A DNA stretch of 61,132 nucleotides, filler included, from Sphacelaria rigidula (lineage: Eukaryota), in NCBI GenBank assembly GCA_964200075.2. It is 10 parts of 10 records of this genome, joined end to end, with 100 filler letters (N's around TTAATTAATTAA, not from the genome) between each part and the next. Parts side by side here need not be neighbours in the genome. Positions count along the whole stretch, not along the records: positions 55,110 to 61,132 come from CAXNAA020022737.1; 9 more parts are not named here. One strand, written 5' to 3'. Shown piece after piece: positions 61,064 to 61,132 of the stretch; within the stretch, counting starts at the first letter, position 1, and every line of letters starts with the position of its first letter. The notes beneath the pieces are model-generated. The model did not search any database. It saw only the letters and a program-made list of their open reading frames with translations, and was not told the origin of the DNA. Both the position numbers and the translations under genes were made by a program.

Positions 61064-61132
61064 GGGGGGAGGGGGTGTACTCATGATCATGCATGCCATA
61101 GTCATAAGACCATTGACCTCGCATCCCTACAA
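61064..61132 (-). mobile_element. LINE family B 3' end with C-rich tail
   Basis: Element strand: TTGTAGGGATGCGAGGTCAATGGTCTTATGACTATGGCATGCATGATCATGAGTACACCCCCTCCCCCC. Confidence 0.85.

Overview
Eukaryotic, intron-rich and repeat-rich DNA, most likely a brown alga (Phaeophyceae). That assignment is inferred from GT-AG exon structure, TTAGGG-type repeats and the TE families seen. The window is not one locus. It is ten unrelated contigs of 6023-6024 bp, apparently size-sorted, joined by artificial 100-bp linkers (N44-TTAATTAATTAA-N44). Most of the ORF track is noise. Recognisable spliced gene fragments are an inositol polyphosphate 5-phosphatase last exon, calcineurin-B-like EF-hand exons, four exons of an HSPA12-like Hsp70, a probable C2-domain exon, a probable F-box exon and several unknown exons. 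The rest is mobile DNA: a decayed RTE-X-like LINE, a tRNA-derived SINE, an internally deleted pogo-like element, hAT-like and other MITEs, and a 1.4-kb element with perfect 34-bp TIRs and a 4-bp TSD. The most striking observation is two related LINE families whose 3' ends run into poly(C) rather than poly(A). They share a conserved 3' stem-loop, and several copies are flanked by target-site duplications that begin with a C-run. This suggests target-primed retrotransposition into G/C homopolymers.
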